In this document: piece after piece, positions 28,438 through 37,394 of the stretch
Layout: each line of letters opens with the position of its first letter
How positions within the stretch are numbered: position 1 is the first letter of the stretch
DNA from: Candidatus Woesearchaeota archaeon
GTDB lineage: Archaea > Nanobdellota > Nanobdellia > Woesearchaeales > DSVV01
Assembly: GCA_018661705.1 (NCBI GenBank)
Contig: JABJHR010000010.1
Location: 66,911 to 130,910, forward strand
Reading direction: 5' to 3'
Length of the DNA stretch: 64,000 nt
Translations under genes and position numbers: made by a program
The notes under the pieces: model-generated
The model's database searches: none
Seen by the model: the letters and a program-made list of their open reading frames with translations, nothing else
Told to the model about the DNA's origin: nothing

Positions 28438-28625
28438 GGATCCCATGAAAGCATTATGCGGCACAGGACCACATCCAGAACCTAAATGATCTGGTATTGT
28501 GCTTTCATGTGGATAAGGGTAACTTTTATAAAACAAAAGGCCTTTCTTCCTATAATTATATCTCTATTATGAGATATACTCAAATAACGTACATTATAAT
28601 AATGAAGCAAACAAGGTGAGACCAA

Positions 28626-29033
28626 ATGACAGGAGATAATACAGGAATTGAATATATTGCAAGTGGAGCATCAGCTGTAGAAGCACAAAAGAAATTAGAT
28701 GCTATGAAGAAAAAAGGAACAAAAGGAGCAAAACCATACAAGGTAGAGTATTTTGTTGAATTTACTGGAATTAAACCAGATACACAAGGTCAAGTTTTTG
28801 CAGGAGATAGAAGTACTGACAGCGGAAGAGCTTATGATAATGCCATGGCAAAAACAGGTTGTAATACTTTGGCAGAATTAACTGATAAATATGCTGCAAC
28901 TTTTAAGGTAATTGGTCATTGGGGAAATCAACCAGCTAAAAAAGACGCAAAAGATCCATCTTGTAGAAGTCCTTCTGGTAGTGTAATTGATACAACTAGA
29001 AGAACAGAAGATCTTACATACAAATTATTTTAA
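28626..29033 (+). CDS. Hypothetical protein
   Basis: AAGGTGAG RBS and a 135-aa ORF. Confidence 0.7.
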   Translation: MTGDNTGIEYIASGASAVEAQKKLDAMKKKGTKGAKPYKVEYFVEFTGIKPDTQGQVFAGDRSTDSGRAYDNAMAKTGCNTLAELTDKYAATFKVIGHWGNQPAKKDAKDPSCRSPSGSVIDTTRRTEDLTYKLF

Positions 29034-29133
29034 TTATTATTTTATCTTATTTTATTATTTTTCACAAAAAAGTGTTTTGAGACTTCTTACTTAATTAAAG
29101 TATAAAAACATAACGGAGAAAAACTAATATAAA

Positions 29134-30693
29134 ATGACATCACCATTCCCAAAGCAACTAACAGAAATGGTTAGAAAGAGAATTGAACGTAGTGACATCT
29201 TTTTTGGTAAAGAAGAAAGTTTTTACAAACGAGCATATGATACTGCTGTTCACGGAAGAGATTTTTTTAGTTATGGTTTTTCTGGCTGTTTGTACACTGG
29301 AAATTTTGCACCTTATCAACATGAAATGGAGTTAGATGGATATAAAGGATTTAATTGTACAACTGTTATTCCTTCTTTATACACTTTTTGTGATCTTTTT
29401 GAATTACAACCAAGAATTGTTCAATTTATTAATTTTAGAGATATAAAAAAAACAAAAGAAGCACAAAAAAAACCAGAACCATTATCAAGTTCACATTACG
29501 GAATAATTGTAAAAGTAAAGGGTCAAGATTATTTTGTTGATCCATATCATTCTAGATTTGGTAAAATAAAAGAATTTACAGGTACATATATGGAAGTTGG
29601 TAAAAGTAGATCAACAAAAGCAGTTAGAAGAGAATTCCAACAAATTATTCCTTATACTCCTGAACAATTTGTAGAAATGATGGATCATCTCAGAACTCCC
29701 GAAGGTTCATTGGAAATGTTAATTGCAGGTCAAGAAATTAAAAAAGGGGGATATTATGGTGGTTTTAGGGATTGTAAAATAATGCTTCATTATTTTGATG
29801 ATGTAAATGAAGTTAGAGTTAGATTAGAAATACCACAACCAAACATACAAGATAAAATTGTTTACAACCATATGTTTTTTGATGACGAAGGAGAAATAAC
29901 AGGACAATCAACTGAATTACTTGTTACTGAATTAGCATATTGGGATGATTTAATAGATCCAACATCAATTGCAAAAGGAACTTTGCCTTTTATGAAATCA
30001 ATTGATACATTACTTAAAGATAAAATTGATCTAAAAAAATCACCACGTTTAGGGCCGTTTTTTATGCAGCCAGATAATCAGGGTTTGTTTGGAATGATTG
30101 AACAAGAAATGTTAACTGATTTTACACAAAGAACTCCTGGTTCAGAAGCACTAATAAGGATGATTCTTGCAAGAACATTATATGAAACAGAAGCTCCTGA
30201 AAAAGAATATTTGTTTGATGAAGGAGCAAGAACAGCAGATTTAAGAAAGAAATTAGAACAATGGAGAGTAATGGGTGCTAAGTTTGTTACTCATCCTGAT
30301 GAAGTAGAACGATTAGATATTTCAGTTGGTTTATTTAATCCTGATAAAGAATATAAAAGACGAAATCGAAGAATAACAAGGGCTAGATCAAGAAGACATA
30401 GAAAAATTGATGAGAATTTTGGGGATGATCTTAATTTAAGAGGCGTTAGCAGAGAAAAACACGATAGAGTAATGGATATGGTTTTATATGCAAAACAATT
30501 AGGAAATATTTCTGTTGATGAATTAAATGCAAGAGTAAAAGAAAGAAATGTTAATCCAAGTTTTGGTTATTTGGCAATGGTTGCTGATTTTATCCCTTCA
30601 ATTTTAGGGGCTGAAAAACTTTTAACATTAGAACCTTTTATGGATGATATCAAAGCAAAAATTAAGGCAAGAAGAGCATTTTTGAAAAAATAA
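29134..30693 (+). CDS. Hypothetical protein with N-terminal transglutaminase/papain-like Cys-His-Asp motif
   Basis: GFNCTT ... SHYGIIV ... YFVDPY. Confidence 0.55.
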   Translation: MTSPFPKQLTEMVRKRIERSDIFFGKEESFYKRAYDTAVHGRDFFSYGFSGCLYTGNFAPYQHEMELDGYKGFNCTTVIPSLYTFCDLFELQPRIVQFINFRDIKKTKEAQKKPEPLSSSHYGIIVKVKGQDYFVDPYHSRFGKIKEFTGTYMEVGKSRSTKAVRREFQQIIPYTPEQFVEMMDHLRTPEGSLEMLIAGQEIKKGGYYGGFRDCKIMLHYFDDVNEVRVRLEIPQPNIQDKIVYNHMFFDDEGEITGQSTELLVTELAYWDDLIDPTSIAKGTLPFMKSIDTLLKDKIDLKKSPRLGPFFMQPDNQGLFGMIEQEMLTDFTQRTPGSEALIRMILARTLYETEAPEKEYLFDEGARTADLRKKLEQWRVMGAKFVTHPDEVERLDISVGLFNPDKEYKRRNRRITRARSRRHRKIDENFGDDLNLRGVSREKHDRVMDMVLYAKQLGNISVDELNARVKERNVNPSFGYLAMVADFIPSILGAEKLLTLEPFMDDIKAKIKARRAFLKK

Positions 30694-30735
30694 TTTTAGT
30701 TTTTCTAGTAATATATAGGGTTATAACGCCTTTCT

Positions 30736-30764
30736 ACAATTGCGGATGCTTCTTTTTTCACTAG
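30736..30764 (-). repeat. Element AB, B-end only
   Basis: ACAATTGCGGATGCTTCTTTTTTCACTAG. Confidence 0.75.
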
Positions 30765-30911
30765 GATTTTTTCTATTTTCAGTTTTACTAAGATTGTAGT
30801 GAGAAAGAAGGGATTATCCCCTCAAAGTCCCCATTCAACCATCCTTTTACTATCATTAAATACTAAAACCGTACCCAAAGGCTTATATACTCCTGTTCTA
30901 TTCTATAACTG

Positions 30912-32108
30912 ATGAATTATAACAAAATACTTGATTTTCTGTACAAAAAAGGGATACACACAGTAGATTTGGGTCTAGAAAGAGTTAAAATGCTATTAGA
31001 GAAGTTAGGCAACCCTCATTTAGATTTAAACGTTATTCTTGTGGGTGGAACAAATGGAAAGGGAAGTACAGCTACAATGATTAGTTCTATCCTTCAGGAA
31101 GCTAGTTTTAAGGTTGGGCAGTATAGTTCTCCTCATTTGATCAGATTTACAGAAAGATTTAGAGTAAATGGAGAAGAAATTTTAAAAAAGGATATTGAAA
31201 AGATCTTTGATCAGGTAAAACCACATATTACAGACCAAACTTATTTTGAAATCATAACTGTTATGGCATATCTTTACTTTAAGGAAGAAGAAGTAGATTT
31301 TGCAATTATGGAAGTTGGTATGGGTGGAAGATTAGATGCAACAAATGTAGTTGATCCAATGGTTTCTGTTATTACAAATGTTTCTTTAGAACATACTCAA
31401 CATTTAGGAAAAACAGTTGAAGCAATAACTTTTGAGAAAGCAGGAATTATTAGAGAAGGTGGTTATGCTGTAACTGCAGCAGAAGGTGAAGCTTTAGAGA
31501 TTCTTCAACAAATTGCTATGAAAAGACAAGCAACTTTATTGGTTGCAACACCAACTGGCTTAGAATTAGGATTAATGGGTGAGTTTCAAAAAACAAACGC
31601 AGGAATTGCAATTAAAACAACAAAATCGTTAAAACATTTCGGAGTAGAGATTCCAAAGATTGCTTTTGTTAATGGTTTGTCTAAAGCAAGGTGGCCTGGA
31701 AGGTTTGAGTTATTCAGAAGAAACATTATAATGGATTGTGCACATAATGTTGCAGGTGTTGAAATTTTAATGGAAGAATTAACAGCGCTAAAAGAAGATT
31801 ATGAATATGAAAAAATGCATCTTGTATTTGGTGCAATGGAAGATAAAGATTACAAATCAATGATTTCTATTTTAGAACCAATGTTTGATAAGATTATTTT
31901 TACAAGACCTTTGGGTGAAAGAGGAGAAATGAAAGAAAGATCTGCTGATCCAAAAGTAATGGCCAAATTAGTTGATGACCATAAAAAAGTAATTATTTTA
32001 GAATCACCGACAGAAGCATTCAAGAAAGCAAAATCATTAACATCAGAGGAAGATTTAATGGTTGTTTGTGGTAGTTGTTTTCTGGTTGGGGATTTGATAA
32101 GGGGATAG
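30912..32108 (+). CDS. folC: Folylpolyglutamate/dihydrofolate synthase
   Basis: GTNGKGST, SPHL, EVGMGGRLDATN, WPGRFE, DCAHN and CGS motifs. Confidence 0.95.
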   Translation: MNYNKILDFLYKKGIHTVDLGLERVKMLLEKLGNPHLDLNVILVGGTNGKGSTATMISSILQEASFKVGQYSSPHLIRFTERFRVNGEEILKKDIEKIFDQVKPHITDQTYFEIITVMAYLYFKEEEVDFAIMEVGMGGRLDATNVVDPMVSVITNVSLEHTQHLGKTVEAITFEKAGIIREGGYAVTAAEGEALEILQQIAMKRQATLLVATPTGLELGLMGEFQKTNAGIAIKTTKSLKHFGVEIPKIAFVNGLSKARWPGRFELFRRNIIMDCAHNVAGVEILMEELTALKEDYEYEKMHLVFGAMEDKDYKSMISILEPMFDKIIFTRPLGERGEMKERSADPKVMAKLVDDHKKVIILESPTEAFKKAKSLTSEEDLMVVCGSCFLVGDLIRG

Positions 32109-32114
32109 AATTAA

Positions 32115-32873
32115 TTAGTTGTTTTCATAACTTCTTGCTCTTTTTTCAAGTTCTTCTTGAGATCTTCTAAGTTCTTCACCTAGTTTTTTTGAATTTTTTA
32201 TGTTTTGCTGAACTTGCACTATACAACCCTCTAGTTGCCTGTACAATGCATCAGTAATACTAACAAAGGATGCTTTATCTGTTGTTTCTCTATATTTTGG
32301 TTGTAAAATAGAATACATTTTTCCTTTTACACTTTTTATTTTTCTCTTTAATAAATAATTTCTAATTTTTCCAACTATTCTCATAGGGGATAGATTATAT
32401 TTTAATTTAGTTGTACCATTTCTTACTGCATAATATGCTGAATGTGCAGGAATAAAATTATCAAAAAAAGACAAAAGTCTTGAATTTGGTGATTTTTCTT
32501 TTAATTCTTCTTTAAGTTTTTCTGCAGTATTAGTTTCTCTTATAGATTCTGCAGCGTAAATAGCTCTACAGTATGCATATTTTGTATCTTCTTCTTTTGC
32601 TTTTTTTATAATAACATCAAGAAACTGTTTTCGAAGATAGTAATTCTCAATTAATGGGAGACATTCAACAGCAGCGCCTTGATTTTTTTTAAATATCCCT
32701 GAATTAAGTATAGTTTCATCTAAATCTTTATCATAATCAATATTACATGAGCCACATTCACCTGAAGACTCAAGTATTCTAGAAAGGTCTCTTTTTCTAA
32801 TTCTTAGCTCTAACTCATATGCCCTATAAAGTTCAAGTATTTCTTCTTCTAGATTAACTTTTTTATTTGCCAT
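32115..32873 (-). CDS. Hypothetical protein
   Basis: 252-aa ORF 5 nt downstream of the M16 peptidase. Confidence 0.65.
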   Translation of the reverse strand: MANKKVNLEEEILELYRAYELELRIRKRDLSRILESSGECGSCNIDYDKDLDETILNSGIFKKNQGAAVECLPLIENYYLRKQFLDVIIKKAKEEDTKYAYCRAIYAAESIRETNTAEKLKEELKEKSPNSRLLSFFDNFIPAHSAYYAVRNGTTKLKYNLSPMRIVGKIRNYLLKRKIKSVKGKMYSILQPKYRETTDKASFVSITDALYRQLEGCIVQVQQNIKNSKKLGEELRRSQEELEKRARSYENN

Positions 32874-32878
32874 TTTAT

Positions 32879-34210
32879 TTATCTTCTAGCAATTACTATT
32901 TCTGTTTTATGTGGATCATAAGCAATAATTAGGTTTGGATCTTTATTTTGATCTCTTGGAAAATATTTTTGAGCTACTCTTTTAATATCCTTTGGAGTAA
33001 TTGCTTTTATTTTTTCAGCTTCATCTGATAAACTAAATCCTCTCTTTTTGTACAATTGAGTTAAACGTAGCATTCCATCATTAAGTGGATCTTTGTCACT
33101 ATTTACAGAGGAGATTAAGCTTGCAAGACAATTTCTTTTAAAGATTGATAAATAACCTTCATTCATTTGTGATTCTTCTAAATCCTGTAAATCTCGTATT
33201 AAAGAAAAGACCTCTTTAACACATTTTTGCCAGTATCTTGCGTGTGGATTAATATCTATTCTGAACAATCCTGCGTCTTCTTTAATGCTGTCAGCTGCAC
33301 TATAATTACAACTACCTGAGTAAGTTAAGCCCCATTGTTCTCTAATCTGCCTATAAACAGGAGATTCAGATTCAGCAATATCAAACAAGTGTGTCATTAA
33401 TTGAATAACTGTAATATCAAAACTATTTTCTGGTTGTATTGGAAACGCAATCATTAAATTTGCATTACTTTCTTCTCGGTTAGTAGGATTAATAAGTCCC
33501 GGCGAAGCAATATGACTATAGTAAGGAATGTTTAGGTATTCTATAACTCTTTCTTTAGTTTTTATTGGTGTTCCTGGTGTAAGTCCACCAAAACATCTAG
33601 TAATTTGTTCTTCAATATCTTCTGGTAAATTCCCAACTAAATATAACTCCATGTTGTTTGATATGTGTGTTCTTGAAAAATATGCTTTTAATGCTGCTGG
33701 TGTTATTCTTGAAATTTCTTTTTCTGTTCCCGATAATAAAATAGGTTCATTTCTTCCTTCAATAATTTGAAAGATCTGACTATCAACACTTTTACCAGAA
33801 TATAACCTCTCAGCAGTTTCTCTTAAAATGACTTTTCCTTCTTCTTCACAGATTTTTCTATCAAACTCTGGATCTGTGAATGTGGTTCCAAATGCTTCTA
33901 AGAATACACTAATTTGGTCAGAAAACCCTTGTACTCCATATTCAATTCTATGGTGACTTGTTCCACCATTTGAAACTGTTCCAATTGGCATCCCTTTTTC
34001 CTTACCTCTGATTCTAGCTTCACGTACTATTACATGTTCAAGAAAGTGTGCTACACCTTCTTCTCCTGGGTTTTCATCTATTGCTCCATTATTTACAACT
34101 AATTTACCCGAAAAAAGAGGTTCACCTGAATCATATATGACTACTTCTAACCCATTATCAAGTGTAAATTCTCTATATCTACTCATATCTAATATGTAGT
34201 TTTGCCCCAT
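32879..34210 (-). CDS. M16 family (insulinase-like) zinc peptidase
   Basis: TLDNGL, GVAHFLEHV (HxxEH), NGGT and IREQWGLTYS motifs. Start placed at 34210 because a minus-strand TATA overlaps 34234. Confidence 0.88.
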   Translation of the reverse strand: MGQNYILDMSRYREFTLDNGLEVVIYDSGEPLFSGKLVVNNGAIDENPGEEGVAHFLEHVIVREARIRGKEKGMPIGTVSNGGTSHHRIEYGVQGFSDQISVFLEAFGTTFTDPEFDRKICEEEGKVILRETAERLYSGKSVDSQIFQIIEGRNEPILLSGTEKEISRITPAALKAYFSRTHISNNMELYLVGNLPEDIEEQITRCFGGLTPGTPIKTKERVIEYLNIPYYSHIASPGLINPTNREESNANLMIAFPIQPENSFDITVIQLMTHLFDIAESESPVYRQIREQWGLTYSGSCNYSAADSIKEDAGLFRIDINPHARYWQKCVKEVFSLIRDLQDLEESQMNEGYLSIFKRNCLASLISSVNSDKDPLNDGMLRLTQLYKKRGFSLSDEAEKIKAITPKDIKRVAQKYFPRDQNKDPNLIIAYDPHKTEIVIARR

Positions 34211-34256
34211 ATCTTCTTTCAGGTAATCACCCATATATAAATGTTTTCATTATTAA

Positions 34257-34270
34257 CCACTTTCAAGTAG
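34257..34270. promoter_or_regulatory. Bidirectional YYACT-N4-AGTAG operator
   Basis: CCACTttcaAGTAG lies 14 nt from the plus-strand TATA (34285) and 15 nt from the minus-strand TATA (34234-41). Confidence 0.65.
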
Positions 34271-34314
34271 TTAACACAATAACATTTATAAATAAACCTG
34301 GGTTTCCTGTGTAT

Positions 34315-35427
34315 ATGCATTTCACAGAATCAGACCTTAAAGAAAGATATCTAGAGAAATTACTTAGCTCTGCAAAGGCAACAGCTGCTGAACCAAAAGT
34401 AATTAGGTGGTTATCTCAAATGGGTAGGGGTGCCACTGAAGCACACGTAAAAGATTTTTTAGGTTCTATTGCTACTAATAAAATGATTAAATTTCAGGAA
34501 AGAGCAATGAGAGAATATGCTGTTGAATGGGGGAATGTTTCAACAGCGCATAAAGAATTTGGCCTTTACAAAACAATTGCTGAATTTATGGGACCTCAGG
34601 AAGGTTTAGGTGTTGATTTTGGATGTGGTGTTGGTCATTTAATTGCTGAAATACAAAAACTAAACAAAACACCTATGTTAGGTATTGATCTTAATTCTTA
34701 TACTTTACAGTTAGCAGAACAATTGCTAAAATCAGAAGATCATGATGTTACAAGAATGTCTGACTCACATATTTCATTTGATCCAATGAAAGGATTTGTT
34801 TTAAGACCAGTTCCTTATTCATTAGATACACCTGTTGATTTATCAGGAATAAATTTATTATGTGAGGATTTTGCAGATATGAAAAACACAACAAGAGTTT
34901 TATACAATCAAGGTAGGAAAGCAGATTTTGCAACATTTACTTTAAGTGGTGGAAAAGAAACTTATGATTCTGGAAACTTTTTACGAGTATTAACTCCTGA
35001 ATTAGATGATATTCATTCAAAAAAAAGTCCGCATTATTTTATGGATACTATTATAAATAATCTTTACAGAGTTTGTCATTATGGTGCAAAAGTTTATTTT
35101 GCTATAAGGTTTCAAGCTTTAGCGAGTGATGGGGGAGAAATTGTTGAAGTTGGTGAAACAAGTAATGACTCTAATTTAGTCTTGCTTGAGGAAGTAGAAA
35201 AATTTCATAGAAATCATTTTCATGACAGATATAATGGGAAATTAGAACTTCTTAAATTTGGAATCACAGAAATGTTAGATGAAACTGGGTTTGATGGAAT
35301 TGGTTTAAATAAAGGTATTATTGGAAGCATAACAAGTGATGCTAGTGGCGGAGATTTAGATGAACAAGTTGTTAAGTTTGATCAATACAAAGTTGTTTTA
35401 ATTGAAGCCAGAGTTTTGGGGAAATAA
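34315..35427 (+). CDS. Class I SAM-dependent methyltransferase
   Basis: VDFGCGVG motif I and LGIDLN motif II. Confidence 0.78.
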   Translation: MHFTESDLKERYLEKLLSSAKATAAEPKVIRWLSQMGRGATEAHVKDFLGSIATNKMIKFQERAMREYAVEWGNVSTAHKEFGLYKTIAEFMGPQEGLGVDFGCGVGHLIAEIQKLNKTPMLGIDLNSYTLQLAEQLLKSEDHDVTRMSDSHISFDPMKGFVLRPVPYSLDTPVDLSGINLLCEDFADMKNTTRVLYNQGRKADFATFTLSGGKETYDSGNFLRVLTPELDDIHSKKSPHYFMDTIINNLYRVCHYGAKVYFAIRFQALASDGGEIVEVGETSNDSNLVLLEEVEKFHRNHFHDRYNGKLELLKFGITEMLDETGFDGIGLNKGIIGSITSDASGGDLDEQVVKFDQYKVVLIEARVLGK

Positions 35428-35428
35428 A

Positions 35429-36481
35429 ATGCCATTAGAATATTGTTTAGCAGCAAAGTTAGAAGGATATGGTGGTACATGTAGTTTTATGACTCAAAAA
35501 CTTAAGGGTTTAACAGAAGCAAAAGTAGATGATAATCTTCAAGAAAATCCAAATGATCCAAAAGCTTATATTATAAAATCTTATGTTATGCTGCAAACAA
35601 GAGATCCTAATGCAATTGCTTTTACAGAAAGTGCAATTGATAAGTTTCCTGAGAGTGAAGTTTTATATCATGCATTAGGAATGCTTCAGGCACAAAACGG
35701 AGATAATAAACTTGCTTTGGAAGCATACAAAAAAGCATTTGAACTAAATCCAATTAGTCTTGAATCTGCAATAAGTGTTGGAACAATGTTAAATAGATTA
35801 GAAAGATATGAAGAAGCAAAATCATTTTTCTATAGAGCAATTGAACTTAACCCAGAACATGTTGGTTGTTGGGTAAGCCTTGCAAAGTCTGAATTGGAAA
35901 CAGGAGAATTAGAAAAAGCATTACAACATATGAGTGCAGCTGTTTATTGTGCAGAGTTTTCTGGTGAAAAGAATCATGAGATTGCTTGTTTATCTAATAG
36001 GATGGAACTTTATGATAAATTAGGAAATATTTCAGAATTATTAGATGATTTTGAAAGAGTTTATAATTTAGATCCCAGAAAAGCATCCCACACAATCTCT
36101 GGAATCATTACAAGTAGATTAGGATCAGATGATCTTTTAGTAGTTAAGGAATTAACAGAAGGTTTTGAAACAAGAATTCCAGGGTTTGGTGGTGATTATA
36201 ATTTTTATTCTGTTTTAGGTATTGTTTATGCAAAGTTAGGTGAACAAGATAAAATAGAAGGGTTAGCAAAAAGAGCAATGAGATTTGGAATGAATCCTTC
36301 ATCATTATATGGGTTAATTAATCAAGTTCTTGGTTATAATGTTCTTGGTGAAAGTTCTAAATCACAAAAAAAAACCAAAGAAAAAGGAACAACTGTAAAA
36401 ACAGATAAAAAAATAGGAAGAAATGCTTTATGTCCATGTGATAGTGGAAAGAAATTTAAGAAATGTTGTGGAAATCATTAA
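35429..36481 (+). CDS. TPR repeat protein with C-terminal SEC-C motif
   Basis: Several TPRs (AFELNP, AIELNP) and KIGRNALCPCDSGKKFKKCCG. Confidence 0.9.
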   Translation: MPLEYCLAAKLEGYGGTCSFMTQKLKGLTEAKVDDNLQENPNDPKAYIIKSYVMLQTRDPNAIAFTESAIDKFPESEVLYHALGMLQAQNGDNKLALEAYKKAFELNPISLESAISVGTMLNRLERYEEAKSFFYRAIELNPEHVGCWVSLAKSELETGELEKALQHMSAAVYCAEFSGEKNHEIACLSNRMELYDKLGNISELLDDFERVYNLDPRKASHTISGIITSRLGSDDLLVVKELTEGFETRIPGFGGDYNFYSVLGIVYAKLGEQDKIEGLAKRAMRFGMNPSSLYGLINQVLGYNVLGESSKSQKKTKEKGTTVKTDKKIGRNALCPCDSGKKFKKCCGNH

Positions 36482-36638
36482 TTATAAGTTCTAAGTAATA
36501 AGTTTTAAGTTAGAACTAATTTCTCCAAAAATATTCCTAACACTATTTAAACTTCTTGGTGTTTTTCCGGCTGTCGTCGTAAATCTTTCAGAAAAAGCTT
36601 GATCGAACTTATTAAGATGTTTATCTTTAACTAATGAT

Positions 36639-36935
36639 ATGTATGAATTGGATGTAAAACCAAGGGCAGATAAGATTTTCTTTAAATTATCAAAAAAGAA
36701 TTCTATTATGCTAACAGCAATCCAGAAAAAAATAGATGAAATTAGATTAAATCCTCATCATGAGTATAAATTCCTGAGAAAACCACTACAAAAATTCAAT
36801 AGAGTTCATATAGATAAGCATTTTGTTTTAGTATTTAGAATTAATCACAATAACAGAGTTGTTGAAGTACATAATTTTGACCATCATGATTATATCTACA
36901 AATGGATACCAGTAATAACTTTACTATTCTTTTAA
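36639..36935 (+). CDS. RelE/ParE-superfamily toxin (mRNA interferase-like)
   Basis: KKIDEI..NP, K.LRKPL, RVHIDKHFVLVF and FDHHD.IY motifs. Confidence 0.85.
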   Translation: MYELDVKPRADKIFFKLSKKNSIMLTAIQKKIDEIRLNPHHEYKFLRKPLQKFNRVHIDKHFVLVFRINHNNRVVEVHNFDHHDYIYKWIPVITLLFF

Positions 36936-37157
36936 TCCGTATCTCTTTGCAAAATCTTTTACCCTTATACTCTTCTGTTTTTGTATTTTCTTCATTTCAG
37001 CAATAAATTCAGGTCTTAATTCAGGTTCTTCTTCTTCAATATATTTGCATACAATAAATTCTATTGCTTTTCCTTTGTCCTTAAGATCAAACTTTGCTTT
37101 AACAACATTCAAAACTCTATTTGTATTTTCATTAATCTGTACTAATGCTTGTACCAT
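36924..37157 (-). CDS. Putative RHH-type antitoxin (DUF2683-like)
   Basis: MVQALVQINENTNRVLNVVKAKFDLKDK..AIE and EPELRPEFI. AGGTGAG RBS. Confidence 0.8.
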   Translation of the reverse strand: MVQALVQINENTNRVLNVVKAKFDLKDKGKAIEFIVCKYIEEEEPELRPEFIAEMKKIQKQKSIRVKDFAKRYGLKE

Positions 37158-37242
37158 ATTAGCTCACCTTAGCTTAACTAAGTTAGGCTTATTTATATGT
37201 TTTTTGATTTTATGTGGTTCTTTTACTTTGAACAAAAAAAGT

Positions 37243-37334
37243 TTCGTGAGCTATATGTCCTTCGGACCTAGTGTTGTAGTGTGACATGCAGTGTAATACT
37301 CTTCAACAATTGCGGATGCTCCTTTTGTCACTAA
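37243..37334 (-). repeat. Element AB, complete empty copy
   Basis: Reverse complement of the 2748 and 11848 elements. Confidence 0.9.
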
Positions 37335-37394
37335 GAATTTTAGTTTTATTATAATTCTAATAGAAATAAATTAAAGAAAAAGAAAATAAAAAAA

